64,000 bases of DNA from NCBI GenBank assembly GCA_031292435.1, contig JARLHD010000054.1, positions 560 to 64,559 of the forward strand, in the 5' to 3' direction. Origin of the DNA: Ignavibacteriaceae bacterium. GTDB taxonomy: Bacteria; Bacteroidota; Ignavibacteria; Ignavibacteriales; Ignavibacteriaceae. The position numbers were made by a program, and so were the translations under genes. This document shows positions 31,001 through 38,452 of this stretch, one piece after another (within the stretch, counting starts at the first letter, position 1; the number at the start of each line of letters is the position of its first letter). The notes beneath the pieces were generated by a model that saw nothing but the letters and a program-made list of their open reading frames with translations, ran no database searches and was not told the DNA's origin.

Positions 31001-31578
31001 TCTTCATCGGGATCCCATTTTCCATTTCCATTTAAATCAACAGGATTATATTTACCGTCATGATCACCATCATAGAAATCTGCACCGAGAGCAACAGCAT
31101 CTTTCCACTGTGTCCAGCTTTTCTTCAAAGGATCAGAAACCCCTATATCAAAAGCAGGGTCACTTGCGCTAACTACATATAGCTGAGCCCTGGGATCATT
31201 TTGTCCGGTACCATAAGTACCGGGGACATAATCATTAACTCTTGATGAAGTCATAACTCCATTTGCCCAGATTTGACCCTTGGTCAAACCTGACATAAAA
31301 AAACCTCCTGAGAACAGAACTATTTTACCGGTGATTGAATTACCTAGTTTACCTCCTGCAAGAGTCGCGGGAGGAATTAGAACATCTGCAAGAACTCCTG
31401 TTCTATTTACCGGCATATCCCAATTATTGATATTCAAGTCATAAGAATCACCAGCTATCAGGTTAGTTTTATGAAGTGAAGTAGTTCCTTTCCCATTCTG
31501 TTCTGCAAAAGTGAACGATAGAGTCGCTGTAGCAACTATTATCAGAACTAAAAATTTAATTACATTATATTTTTTCAT
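28003..31578 (-). CDS. Large secreted protein with a T9SS type-A C-terminal sorting domain
   Basis: Signal peptide. Asp-rich Ca-binding-like stretches ('DGDHDGKYNPVDLNGNGKWDPDEDRPD', 'DNNNNGVYDEGIDTPID'). The last ~85 aa ('ITVFPNP...VTINIFTLSGTRLRTL...ASGMYLAIV...KFAII') fit the Por secretion tail. Confidence 0.75.
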   Translation of the reverse strand: MKKYNVIKFLVLIIVATATLSFTFAEQNGKGTTSLHKTNLIAGDSYDLNINNWDMPVNRTGVLADVLIPPATLAGGKLGNSITGKIVLFSGGFFMSGLTKGQIWANGVMTSSRVNDYVPGTYGTGQNDPRAQLYVVSASDPAFDIGVSDPLKKSWTQWKDAVALGADFYDGDHDGKYNPVDLNGNGKWDPDEDRPDILGDVTTWCVYSDQEPPSLRLSGFNDVNPQGIEIRQTVFAFNSKATIGNSIFIRYKIVNTGHVADVLDSVYFSVACDPDIGDNGALDLVGSDTLLNAGFTYHPTSESAKWGATAPCFLVDFFQGPRSYIPGVTFTDNNNNGVYDEGIDTPIDTATDVRGRIMGLGKYPGAKNLGLSSFFQYYNGIDPTDRFVLRDYTLGKDNKGSQINPCTWSQGSVLGGVNCANVDPYFMYSGDPVTQIGWIDKTAQDQRQISSTGPFQLVKNDTVSIVVAYVVGQGNNGLNSVAVAKTNDVTAQKVFDSNFPSLPSPPPVAYSTKTGDGFIDISWPTSKNILYSATDSLFQISRNVHGFFITQFYSVSQSPAVNNQPNSQVIARYDLQDSIQNIFYKVANGGIDLRMPQAPPANKMDSLLVADPATGRIVCRLSVDPSTGNPFIKGHEYYFSITEYTVNNWAIVNKATNTYGPAGDYYDPTGNAVEEFETSLFTVTMGNDEYSPDIMGQPVKKTSGPSSGLVKYIIADKSALTGNTYKVDFFSDTNPLNGPYTPYWTLTNTKTGKIIQPYDSSTVYNSDTTNFAGLVTEGFIPRIAPLTPEFGSPVLSKNGVAITDTSKIWYASLLGAAGTGVFYLGLDVPAPSSSQVGLGFDSISGNRSTIIRADRLRKVELRFGDSSYAYRYINGYVGANLTAQRGTTIYAGLITGSDTVGKGPIGNWDALNGHANGYVKVPFSAWVVDSAYNETRQLAVGFIERRTNPVSIFGGNPDGIWDPGTNAIKSREVILIFDSQYYDTTQIQYTGTSASKADIVKGYTLTAVGYSDSVKAIAKSPWFNTMYLVSLDRKNASSFFNPGEHFQIPVVTYPYTSLDEYQFTTVPGGVLSGNETKSLFDKITVFPNPLYGYNPQTSYSQKPADEPWVTFSNLPEQVTINIFTLSGTRLRTLHTSDKSSPSSPFLVWNLMNESGLRAASGMYLAIVSCPGYGDKVLKFAIIMPQKQIKNY

Positions 31579-31600
31579 ATTTAATACCTTTTTCCTCTGT

Positions 31601-34513
31601 CTATAAAGAAATATTAGAGAAATTTAATTTTAATCCCAGCCTTATCAATCTTGGAATACCAAAATTTGCGGGGTTTCTTTCAAGTGACATATAATCAGCC
31701 GCAATATTATTTCCTCCAGGTCCTGAAGTTGCAGCAATTCCTTCTTTTGTACTCAACCATCCGGTTGTATAAGGATCGCCAGTCGATCTGTAAACAATAA
31801 CAGGATTTACCGCATTGAATAAATTTTCAATCCAGACATAAGGAGTCAGTGCGAGATTATTCATTAAACCGACAGATTTCTCTAATTTTAAATCAACACG
31901 GAAATTACCAGGTCCATAAGCTGAATTAACATAACCTTTAGTATCACCGTATTGTGTATTATCGCCTGTAGCAAGTAAGTGCTGAACTAACAGAGGAGTA
32001 TAAGGTCTGCCGCTGTTAAAAGAAATTAGAATATTAGCATCCAGCAATTCTAATATTCCAAATTGTCCCTTAGGGACATAAAGACCAAGGTTAATTGTTC
32101 CAGTATGCCTTTGATCAAAATCAAGAGGAGCAATAACTTTTGGAATTTCTGCACCAATATTCCTAAAAGCAGCAACATAGGAAGCACTTGTAGAAGATCC
32201 TGTACCCTCAGCCAGGGAATAGGTATAATTTAAAGAAACATCAAAAAAGCTTAACCTTGTTATATCAAGTGCAAAGGCTAATCCTTTAACAGTTCCGAAA
32301 TCAGTGTTCTCATAAGTATAGTATGTCAGAGTCTGACCGCCGATTGATCTTTGAAATAATACAGGTGTATAATCTAACAAGCCCTGTGTATTTTTATAGA
32401 ATGCTGTAATATTAAGAGCTGCAATATCTCCCAATACATGCCTGAATCCGACTTCATATTGAGTAGTAACTTCACTATTTAAATTGCCAACATTAACCTC
32501 TCTCATCTGATCTGTTTCAAGTACACTCACGTCCTGAGGAGCAAAGTAGAGGTAATTCAAAGGGGGTTCCTGTATGAATTTGCCATACTGAGCATGAAAA
32601 ACAGTAGTAGCAGTAATAGGGAAACCTAAACCGATACGAGGAGACAAGTAAAATTCCGGTTTTTTCTTTTTTGTTACAAGCTGGTAACCACTAGGATCTG
32701 TTGATGAAGGAACAAACGGCATATTAGGGTCAGCAACCTCATCACCCTGAGTATCGAAATAATCGGCTCTTAAACCGAGATTTAGTACTATATCATTCAA
32801 TTCAAACCTATCCTGCATATATGCATATGCAATTACAGGTTTTTTAGGAGCGAAACTTGTCTGTACTAAAGAAGCTGTAGTATCCCCCTGTAATACCTGA
32901 TATGAATTGGCATTACTTGATGTTTTGGTTGTTCCTGTAATATCATAACCAAAAAGTGATGGTTGAAGAGCATAAAATTGTGCTGCTTGTGAGAGTCCTG
33001 CCATATTACTTGAAGCAAGCCCTGCAGGCGCAACTGAAAAATTCCTAAGAATGTTGTAATTTACACCACCACCGAGCTCAATAAGATGATTTTGAACCTG
33101 CGAAGTAAAATCTACATCAAGATTTAAAGATTGATTTTCATCCTTAGTATAAGATAATATTGTTCTGCCAGCAGCAAAAAATACACCATAATAATCCATT
33201 GCTTGTCTAATTCCATTAGCAGGCAGTCCGGGATGATAAGCTCCATTGGAATAGAATACAGCACCGGTAGCAGCATTCAAAGCACTGTCGCCATAAGCAT
33301 ATAAATTATTAAACCAAACTCCATCGCCGGATTCTGATCTATAATATTTATATCCTAAATTAAGATTCCAAAATGAATTACTTGAAATATTCTGGGATAA
33401 TTTTCCAAAGAAAGAATAATTACCCATTTTGGTAAGAGCATTATGGTCTGAATTGTTTTTAGCATAGGCTAATGAAAACGCACGGGAATCAAGTAAATTA
33501 ATATTAGTACCTAACCTAACATTAAAATCACCCAAATTAGAATTAGTTTTTCCTGAAAACTTCCATGAATCTGCTGAATTATTAGGTAATACGGCACTCG
33601 AATATTTGACATCAGAATTAAACGAAACTCCTACAGCAGAAGGAGTACCATCAAGGAACCATCCTCTTTCCGCAGAAAGAAATATAGTATGATCTTTATT
33701 TCCCGGTATAATCGGGCCACTTAGGTTCATGGTATATAAATTATAACCATATTGATCTGTAAGGGTAGACGTCATTCCGTCTAAATACAATGAATAGGTA
33801 GGATCACCGGTTTTTGTAGTTACACTTATAACCCCGGATTGAGCCTGCCCATATTTTGCTTCATATCCACCCACCTGAAAGGAAATCTGTTCAATTGATG
33901 AATTACTAACCTGTGCATAGTTATTACCGGAATAAATGTCATTCTGGGGAACGCCGTCAACAATATATAATACTTCGCTGCCACGACCTCCTCTGACATT
34001 GATAGTAGCGTTTTGGGCTGCACCGCCACTTCCGTCAGCCATAACAACTCCTGCTTGTAAACTTGCAAGTTGTTCCACGCCTTTAACAGGCAATTTATCA
34101 ATTTCACTTGCATCAAATACCTTGGTAGTATTTGTTGATTTTTCCTCAAAGAATTTTTTGCCGGTAACTTCCACTACCTTTAATTCCAAACCTGTTGTTA
34201 ATTCAACATTAAGTTCGAAAGTAATACCTGCAACAATTCTAACATTAGTTACAAGCTTAGGCGTATAGCCTACATAACTAACTTTTACTTCAAAGGTACC
34301 GGGAGGAATATTCAATATAAAATATTCACCGTTTACATTGGAGGCTGCACCCAAATTTGTATTAACGACCACAACGTTAGCACCTATTAGAGGTTCTTTA
34401 GTCTGGGCGTCAATTATCTTTCCATTTAATTTACCAACACCGGATTGTGCAAATAAAGGGGAGGATATTAGTAGGAGTGCTGCCAAAATAAAATTGGTAA
34501 CCAAATTTTTCAT
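31601..34513 (-). CDS. TonB-dependent receptor with an N-terminal carboxypeptidase-regulatory-like domain
   Basis: Signal peptide. 'GKIIDAQTKEPLIGANVVVVNTNLGAASNVNGEYFILNIPPGTFEVKVSYVGY' (CarbopepD_reg). Plug region 'INVRGGRGSEVLYIVDGVP'. Long beta-barrel. Confidence 0.85.
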   Translation of the reverse strand: MKNLVTNFILAALLLISSPLFAQSGVGKLNGKIIDAQTKEPLIGANVVVVNTNLGAASNVNGEYFILNIPPGTFEVKVSYVGYTPKLVTNVRIVAGITFELNVELTTGLELKVVEVTGKKFFEEKSTNTTKVFDASEIDKLPVKGVEQLASLQAGVVMADGSGGAAQNATINVRGGRGSEVLYIVDGVPQNDIYSGNNYAQVSNSSIEQISFQVGGYEAKYGQAQSGVISVTTKTGDPTYSLYLDGMTSTLTDQYGYNLYTMNLSGPIIPGNKDHTIFLSAERGWFLDGTPSAVGVSFNSDVKYSSAVLPNNSADSWKFSGKTNSNLGDFNVRLGTNINLLDSRAFSLAYAKNNSDHNALTKMGNYSFFGKLSQNISSNSFWNLNLGYKYYRSESGDGVWFNNLYAYGDSALNAATGAVFYSNGAYHPGLPANGIRQAMDYYGVFFAAGRTILSYTKDENQSLNLDVDFTSQVQNHLIELGGGVNYNILRNFSVAPAGLASSNMAGLSQAAQFYALQPSLFGYDITGTTKTSSNANSYQVLQGDTTASLVQTSFAPKKPVIAYAYMQDRFELNDIVLNLGLRADYFDTQGDEVADPNMPFVPSSTDPSGYQLVTKKKKPEFYLSPRIGLGFPITATTVFHAQYGKFIQEPPLNYLYFAPQDVSVLETDQMREVNVGNLNSEVTTQYEVGFRHVLGDIAALNITAFYKNTQGLLDYTPVLFQRSIGGQTLTYYTYENTDFGTVKGLAFALDITRLSFFDVSLNYTYSLAEGTGSSTSASYVAAFRNIGAEIPKVIAPLDFDQRHTGTINLGLYVPKGQFGILELLDANILISFNSGRPYTPLLVQHLLATGDNTQYGDTKGYVNSAYGPGNFRVDLKLEKSVGLMNNLALTPYVWIENLFNAVNPVIVYRSTGDPYTTGWLSTKEGIAATSGPGGNNIAADYMSLERNPANFGIPRLIRLGLKLNFSNISL

Positions 34514-34573
34514 CTCTTCTCCACCAGGGTTATTATTTTGTTCTTACTCTATTTCTAACTTTATTTTCTTTAT

Positions 34574-34617
34574 TTAAAAAAGCGGGCGAACTCATTTATT
34601 CAAAGATTCCGCCCGCT
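34574..34617 (-). terminator. Intrinsic terminator after the BNR/T9SS cargo gene
   Basis: AGCGGGCG (34581-34588) pairs with CGCCCGCT (34610-34617). On the minus strand it is followed by a T-run (T6, the first T being the terminal stem base). Confidence 0.65.
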
Positions 34618-34637
34618 GAATTACATTACTATCAGTA

Positions 34638-36476
34638 TTACTTTAATAACATCAATTTCTTTGACATTACATTGTTTCCGGATCTTAATGTATAAACATA
34701 CATTCCAGAAGCCAATTTAGATGCATTGAAATTAATTGAATGATTTCCAGCTTCCTGAGTTGCATTAACAAGGTTCGCAACTTCCCTTCCTAACATATCA
34801 TAAATTTTCAAAGATACATTACTCTTTGCTGATAGAGAATAATCAATCTTTGTACTTGGGTTGAAAGGATTAGGATAATTCTGACTAAGATTAAATGAAC
34901 GGACAGTCTGGATGGGATCATTAACACCAGTCGGAACATCAGGAATTGTAAATGCATAATACATAATAGGATTATCTGTTGCTACACCTGTACTATTAGG
35001 ATTAACACCAGGAGCTAAATCAGCAAGATATACAATATCGGCAATATATCTATTTTGCGTAGCATCATAACGGAGGTACTGTGGAGTATGACCCCAGGAT
35101 TCAGAAGTTTTTTTATCGCCTGATAATATTGAAACTGGTTTCCATGTGGCTCCACCATCGGTTGACCATGTATGATACAAATCACTCCAATAGTTAATAA
35201 CAGTACCATCAGTAGCAGTATCTGGTTTACCATTAGTAAACTGAACACTCGTCCAGCATACGTATACAAATTTACCGTCTTCACTGACAGCAACAGAAGG
35301 GTAAGCTTGTCCTACTCTATTCTGCGCAACACCAGGAACAGTAGCTGTAGCAGTTTGGTTTAGAATTTGATTAGTATCAAGGGTCGGATCTGAAATTGAT
35401 ATCCATTTACCTGTTCCAGAATTATAATATAAAACCGGGAATAAATAAGTTGTATCCGGAGGATTAAAATTGTATCCGAAACCATTAGCTACTGCGTGAA
35501 TTACTCCAGTATTAGTAACAGCAAGGTCAACCTGACCAAAAGCTGACATAACTGGAGCAAAATGTGGTAAAGTAGTTATTGAACCCTTTACTCCATCAAT
35601 TTCAATTTTATTGCCTGTCCATGAAGTTCCTGAATTTGTTGAAGTTACAGTAAAAAAGTTATCACAAGAATCAAGGGGCACACCATCAAAAGCGTCTCTT
35701 AAATTACCTGTAGTAGCACGAGTAGGATCACCAGCAGCAGTACTGTAATATACCACTTGTGTTTCATCGGGGGATTTTGAAATACCTAACTCTGTGCTGC
35801 CATTTGCGGCCCAAAATATTGGGCTCGGGCTAAATACTGAAATACTATCCCAATCTGTGAAAGAAACACCATCAGGAGACTTGTAAAATTGATATTGATC
35901 TCTTCCACCATTACCAGAAGTACTCAACCAAATGTTAGTGTTGCCAAATTGGATTGAAGGATCGTCACCAGGGGCAAATGTAGCCACCTGAAAAGCTGAT
36001 CCATCCCATAAACCTAATCTGTTTGGCGTATGTCCAACAACACCTACCTGCCCTGCATTAGCTCCTACTCTTTCAACATCTATATCTCCAAAACCTGCTT
36101 GACCGCCAAAAACGTCAGCATGTGTATAAACACCAGTAGAGGAATCTCTTTCTGTATATACTATATGTCTTACAGTTGCAGCAGCAGTGCCATATGGTTT
36201 AACCATATTGGCAAATTTTACACCCTGCCAATAAACAATTTGATCTCTTGTAATACAATTTGTAAAATAATCATAATTGGTTGTAACACCAATTTGTTCA
36301 CCAACAACTGCTGTTGGTTTAGGAAGCTTTACAGATTTATTATATACCTGAGGAGCAAAATCTTGCTGATCTGTAATAATAACTGTATGTGTTTGTGTGA
36401 CTTTTTTCGCTTGACCTAAAAGGAAGCAAGGCACTAAAAGTAATAATAGAACTAATGTAACATTTCTTTTTAACAT
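34638..36476 (-). CDS. BNR/Asp-box repeat (sialidase-fold-like) protein with a T9SS type-A C-terminal sorting domain
   Basis: Start trimmed to Met23 (MLKRNVTLVLLLLLVPCFLLGQ signal peptide, GAAGGAGAA RBS). Asp-boxes 'STDGGATW' and 'STNSGTSW'. C-terminus 'LSQNYPNPFNPSTKIDYSL...VSLKIYDMLGREV...ASGMYVYTL...KKLMLLK'. Confidence 0.8.
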   Translation of the reverse strand: MLKRNVTLVLLLLLVPCFLLGQAKKVTQTHTVIITDQQDFAPQVYNKSVKLPKPTAVVGEQIGVTTNYDYFTNCITRDQIVYWQGVKFANMVKPYGTAAATVRHIVYTERDSSTGVYTHADVFGGQAGFGDIDVERVGANAGQVGVVGHTPNRLGLWDGSAFQVATFAPGDDPSIQFGNTNIWLSTSGNGGRDQYQFYKSPDGVSFTDWDSISVFSPSPIFWAANGSTELGISKSPDETQVVYYSTAAGDPTRATTGNLRDAFDGVPLDSCDNFFTVTSTNSGTSWTGNKIEIDGVKGSITTLPHFAPVMSAFGQVDLAVTNTGVIHAVANGFGYNFNPPDTTYLFPVLYYNSGTGKWISISDPTLDTNQILNQTATATVPGVAQNRVGQAYPSVAVSEDGKFVYVCWTSVQFTNGKPDTATDGTVINYWSDLYHTWSTDGGATWKPVSILSGDKKTSESWGHTPQYLRYDATQNRYIADIVYLADLAPGVNPNSTGVATDNPIMYYAFTIPDVPTGVNDPIQTVRSFNLSQNYPNPFNPSTKIDYSLSAKSNVSLKIYDMLGREVANLVNATQEAGNHSINFNASKLASGMYVYTLRSGNNVMSKKLMLLK

Positions 36477-36802
36477 AATGTTCTCCTTCAACAAGTTATT
36501 AAATTGAGTTGATTTAAGATATTGATATAAACAAAATATCAAACTTTTGTTATAACTTACTATTCTATTGGTTTTTTGTCAAGTAAAATATAATTAAATG
36601 TGAGAATTCTTAACTGTTTTATGTATCACTCAATATTCAGAATTCATCAAATAAATCCGATCCTTCAATAAGAATCTATGTATAAAGAAGAAACAAATCC
36701 TCTATTTGTCAAGACATAAAGTAGTATTATACTTATTTTGTCCTATTGTCAAAGGGAAATACTTTAGTTTTTAACTAATTTATATCTTATGGATACTTCC
36801 AA

Positions 36803-37123
36803 TTATATAGCAGCGTTCAATTTTGTTACTATTTGTGCTTTAGGTACCGCACCAATTATAGTATCCTTTAATTTCCCTTCCTTGAAAATCAGGATAGTAG
36901 GTATGCTTCTGACTCCAAATTTTATAGCGATCTCCTGATTCTCGTCAACATCAACCTTTCCAATTTTAACTTTGCCTTCATATTCAATAGCAAGTTCCTC
37001 TACAATAGGAGCAATCATACGGCATGGACCACACCAGGTTGCCCAGAAATCGATAAGCACAGGTTTATCGGATTTTTCGACTTCAAATACAAAATTTTCA
37101 TCTGTTATAGTAATGGGTTTCAT
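36803..37123 (-). CDS. trxA: Thioredoxin
   Basis: 106 aa with a 'WCGPC' active site. Confidence 0.95.
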   Translation of the reverse strand: MKPITITDENFVFEVEKSDKPVLIDFWATWCGPCRMIAPIVEELAIEYEGKVKIGKVDVDENQEIAIKFGVRSIPTILIFKEGKLKDTIIGAVPKAQIVTKLNAAI

Positions 37124-37163
37124 TTTTTTACCTTAAATAAACATAATAATAAATAATATAAAA

Positions 37164-37991
37164 TTAAATCAGATCACCACCCTGACCCACATAACTAACA
37201 ATATCTTCGCCTCCATCCGCATGGATGATACTACCGGATATCCAATCGCCTCCATCATTACATAAAAGCGAAATTATTTTAGCAACATCAGATGGAGTAG
37301 TATGCCTTTTGCGGGGATTTTTTCTTTTAGCAACCTCAAGCATGGGGATACTGCCGGGAATTTTTCTTAAAGCAGGTGTATCCGTTACACCCGCCATGAT
37401 AGCATTGACGGAAATTTCTAAATGACCTAATTCCAATGAAAGTTGTCTTACATGAGATTCGAGAGAAGCTTTGGCAGCTGATACCGCACCATAATAAGGA
37501 ATTGATGCGTGTCCGCCCGAACTGGTCATAGCGAATATTCTGGCTTTTGGTATAATGAGATTATTAACGACAAGATCCTGTGTCCAGTAAACAAGAGAAT
37601 GTGCCATAACATCAAGGGTCATTTCCAACTGAGCCTTGGTCATTGCCAGCTCCTGATCTGCCGGTATGAATCTTTTAAGAGTTCCGAAAGCAAGAGAATG
37701 CATAAGAATTTTAATGAAGGGTTTACCTTTTGATCTGGTTTTAAGTTCTTCAATTATCTCAATTCTTTTTAAGGCGTCAGCTGCATTTATATTATAGAAT
37801 AAAACATCCGATCCTGCGGCTTTAATCTGATTAACAATCCGTTCCACATTTCCCATGGTAGCCTGACGATCAAGATGAACTCCGACAATATTATAACCGT
37901 CTTCGGCTAATTTTAATGAGGCTGCCTCCCCAAAACCAGAAGAAGCACCTAGAATTAGTGCCCAGTAATTTGCATTATCCGGATTTCTCAT
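37164..37991 (-). CDS. SDR-superfamily enoyl-[acyl-carrier-protein] reductase-like protein (FabI/FabL-type)
   Basis: Start trimmed to Met16. 'ILGASSGFG' nucleotide-binding motif. 'YYGAVSAAKASLE' gives the Tyr-x6-Lys spacing typical of enoyl-ACP reductases, rather than the classical YxxxK. Confidence 0.55.
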   Translation of the reverse strand: MRNPDNANYWALILGASSGFGEAASLKLAEDGYNIVGVHLDRQATMGNVERIVNQIKAAGSDVLFYNINAADALKRIEIIEELKTRSKGKPFIKILMHSLAFGTLKRFIPADQELAMTKAQLEMTLDVMAHSLVYWTQDLVVNNLIIPKARIFAMTSSGGHASIPYYGAVSAAKASLESHVRQLSLELGHLEISVNAIMAGVTDTPALRKIPGSIPMLEVAKRKNPRKRHTTPSDVAKIISLLCNDGGDWISGSIIHADGGEDIVSYVGQGGDLI

Positions 37992-38184
37992 CTTCAGTCC
38001 AATTCCTTTTAATAAATTTGAGCATAAATAATACAAAAATGGGGGCTGGATTACAAACCTGATTAGTGAGAATGTTTATTTATCACGACAGATTAATATT
38101 ATCTGAAGTGAGCTGCTATAATGAGCCAGTAAAAATATTTATTAATTGATGGTTAAAAATATTTGCAAATAAATGCTAAAGTAA

Positions 38185-38214
38185 TTGACAAATAACTTTA
38201 ATATTTATTAATTT
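38185..38214 (+). promoter_or_regulatory. Promoter-like TTGACA-18-TAATTT
   Basis: TTGACAAATAA at 38185, the same extended box as at 63553. The -10 is weak. No plus-strand CDS lies downstream. Confidence 0.3.
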
Positions 38215-38260
38215 TAATTCTTAGCCAACCTATCAAGTATTCCCAATGTAATGAATTTCA

Positions 38261-38300
38261 GTGCGGTAAAGTGCACTAAAGTGCGGTAAAATGCGCTTAA
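38261..38300. repeat. Four tandem 10-mers: GTGCGGTAAA / GTGCACTAAA / GTGCGGTAAA / ATGCGCTTAA
   Basis: Read directly. The period is exactly 10 bp (one helical turn), in the 461-bp gap between the dnaE 3' end and the reductase/trxA 5' end. Confidence 0.9.
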
Positions 38301-38452
38301 TTCCTATGTACGACCGTTGTATGAATTATATAAGAACTAATTTTAAAATAGTTCGATAATACTACAAATAAGGGGAGTTTATACTATTATCGGGGAGAGA
38401 TTGAATTTGTTTAATAATTAAGGAATATAGAGAACAGGAGAATTTTGGGGAA

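Noticed and set aside
36030-36419. 129-aa plus-strand ORF (and other internal ORFs such as 35015..35293 and 35172..35363)
   Set aside because: It lies inside or antisense to the BNR/T9SS cargo gene. The Cys/Ile/Asn-rich translation is typical of an out-of-frame reading of AT-rich DNA.
36477-36542. N-terminal extensions proposed by the raw ORF track. This one is for the BNR cargo. Others: 3652..3702, 6954..6971, 37992..38036, 59541..59591, 60326..60394, 46247..46267, 45179..45205.
   Set aside because: Internal Met codons give canonical signal peptides or family-typical N-termini, better RBS spacing, and remove overlaps with neighbouring genes.
36575-36752. Three minus-strand TTGACA boxes (36581-36576, 36712-36707, 36752-36747) upstream of the BNR cargo gene, considered as a repeat family
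   Set aside because: They are most simply alternative -35 elements: one with a 17-nt spacer to TAAGTT, one with a 15-nt spacer to a perfect TATAAT. Spacing is suboptimal or ambiguous, so they are not reported as confident promoters.
38261-38300. Tandem 10-mers considered as a CRISPR-like or minisatellite array
   Set aside because: The units are contiguous 10-mers with no spacers, only four copies are present, and there are no cas genes. This is a short tandem repeat or operator, not a CRISPR array.
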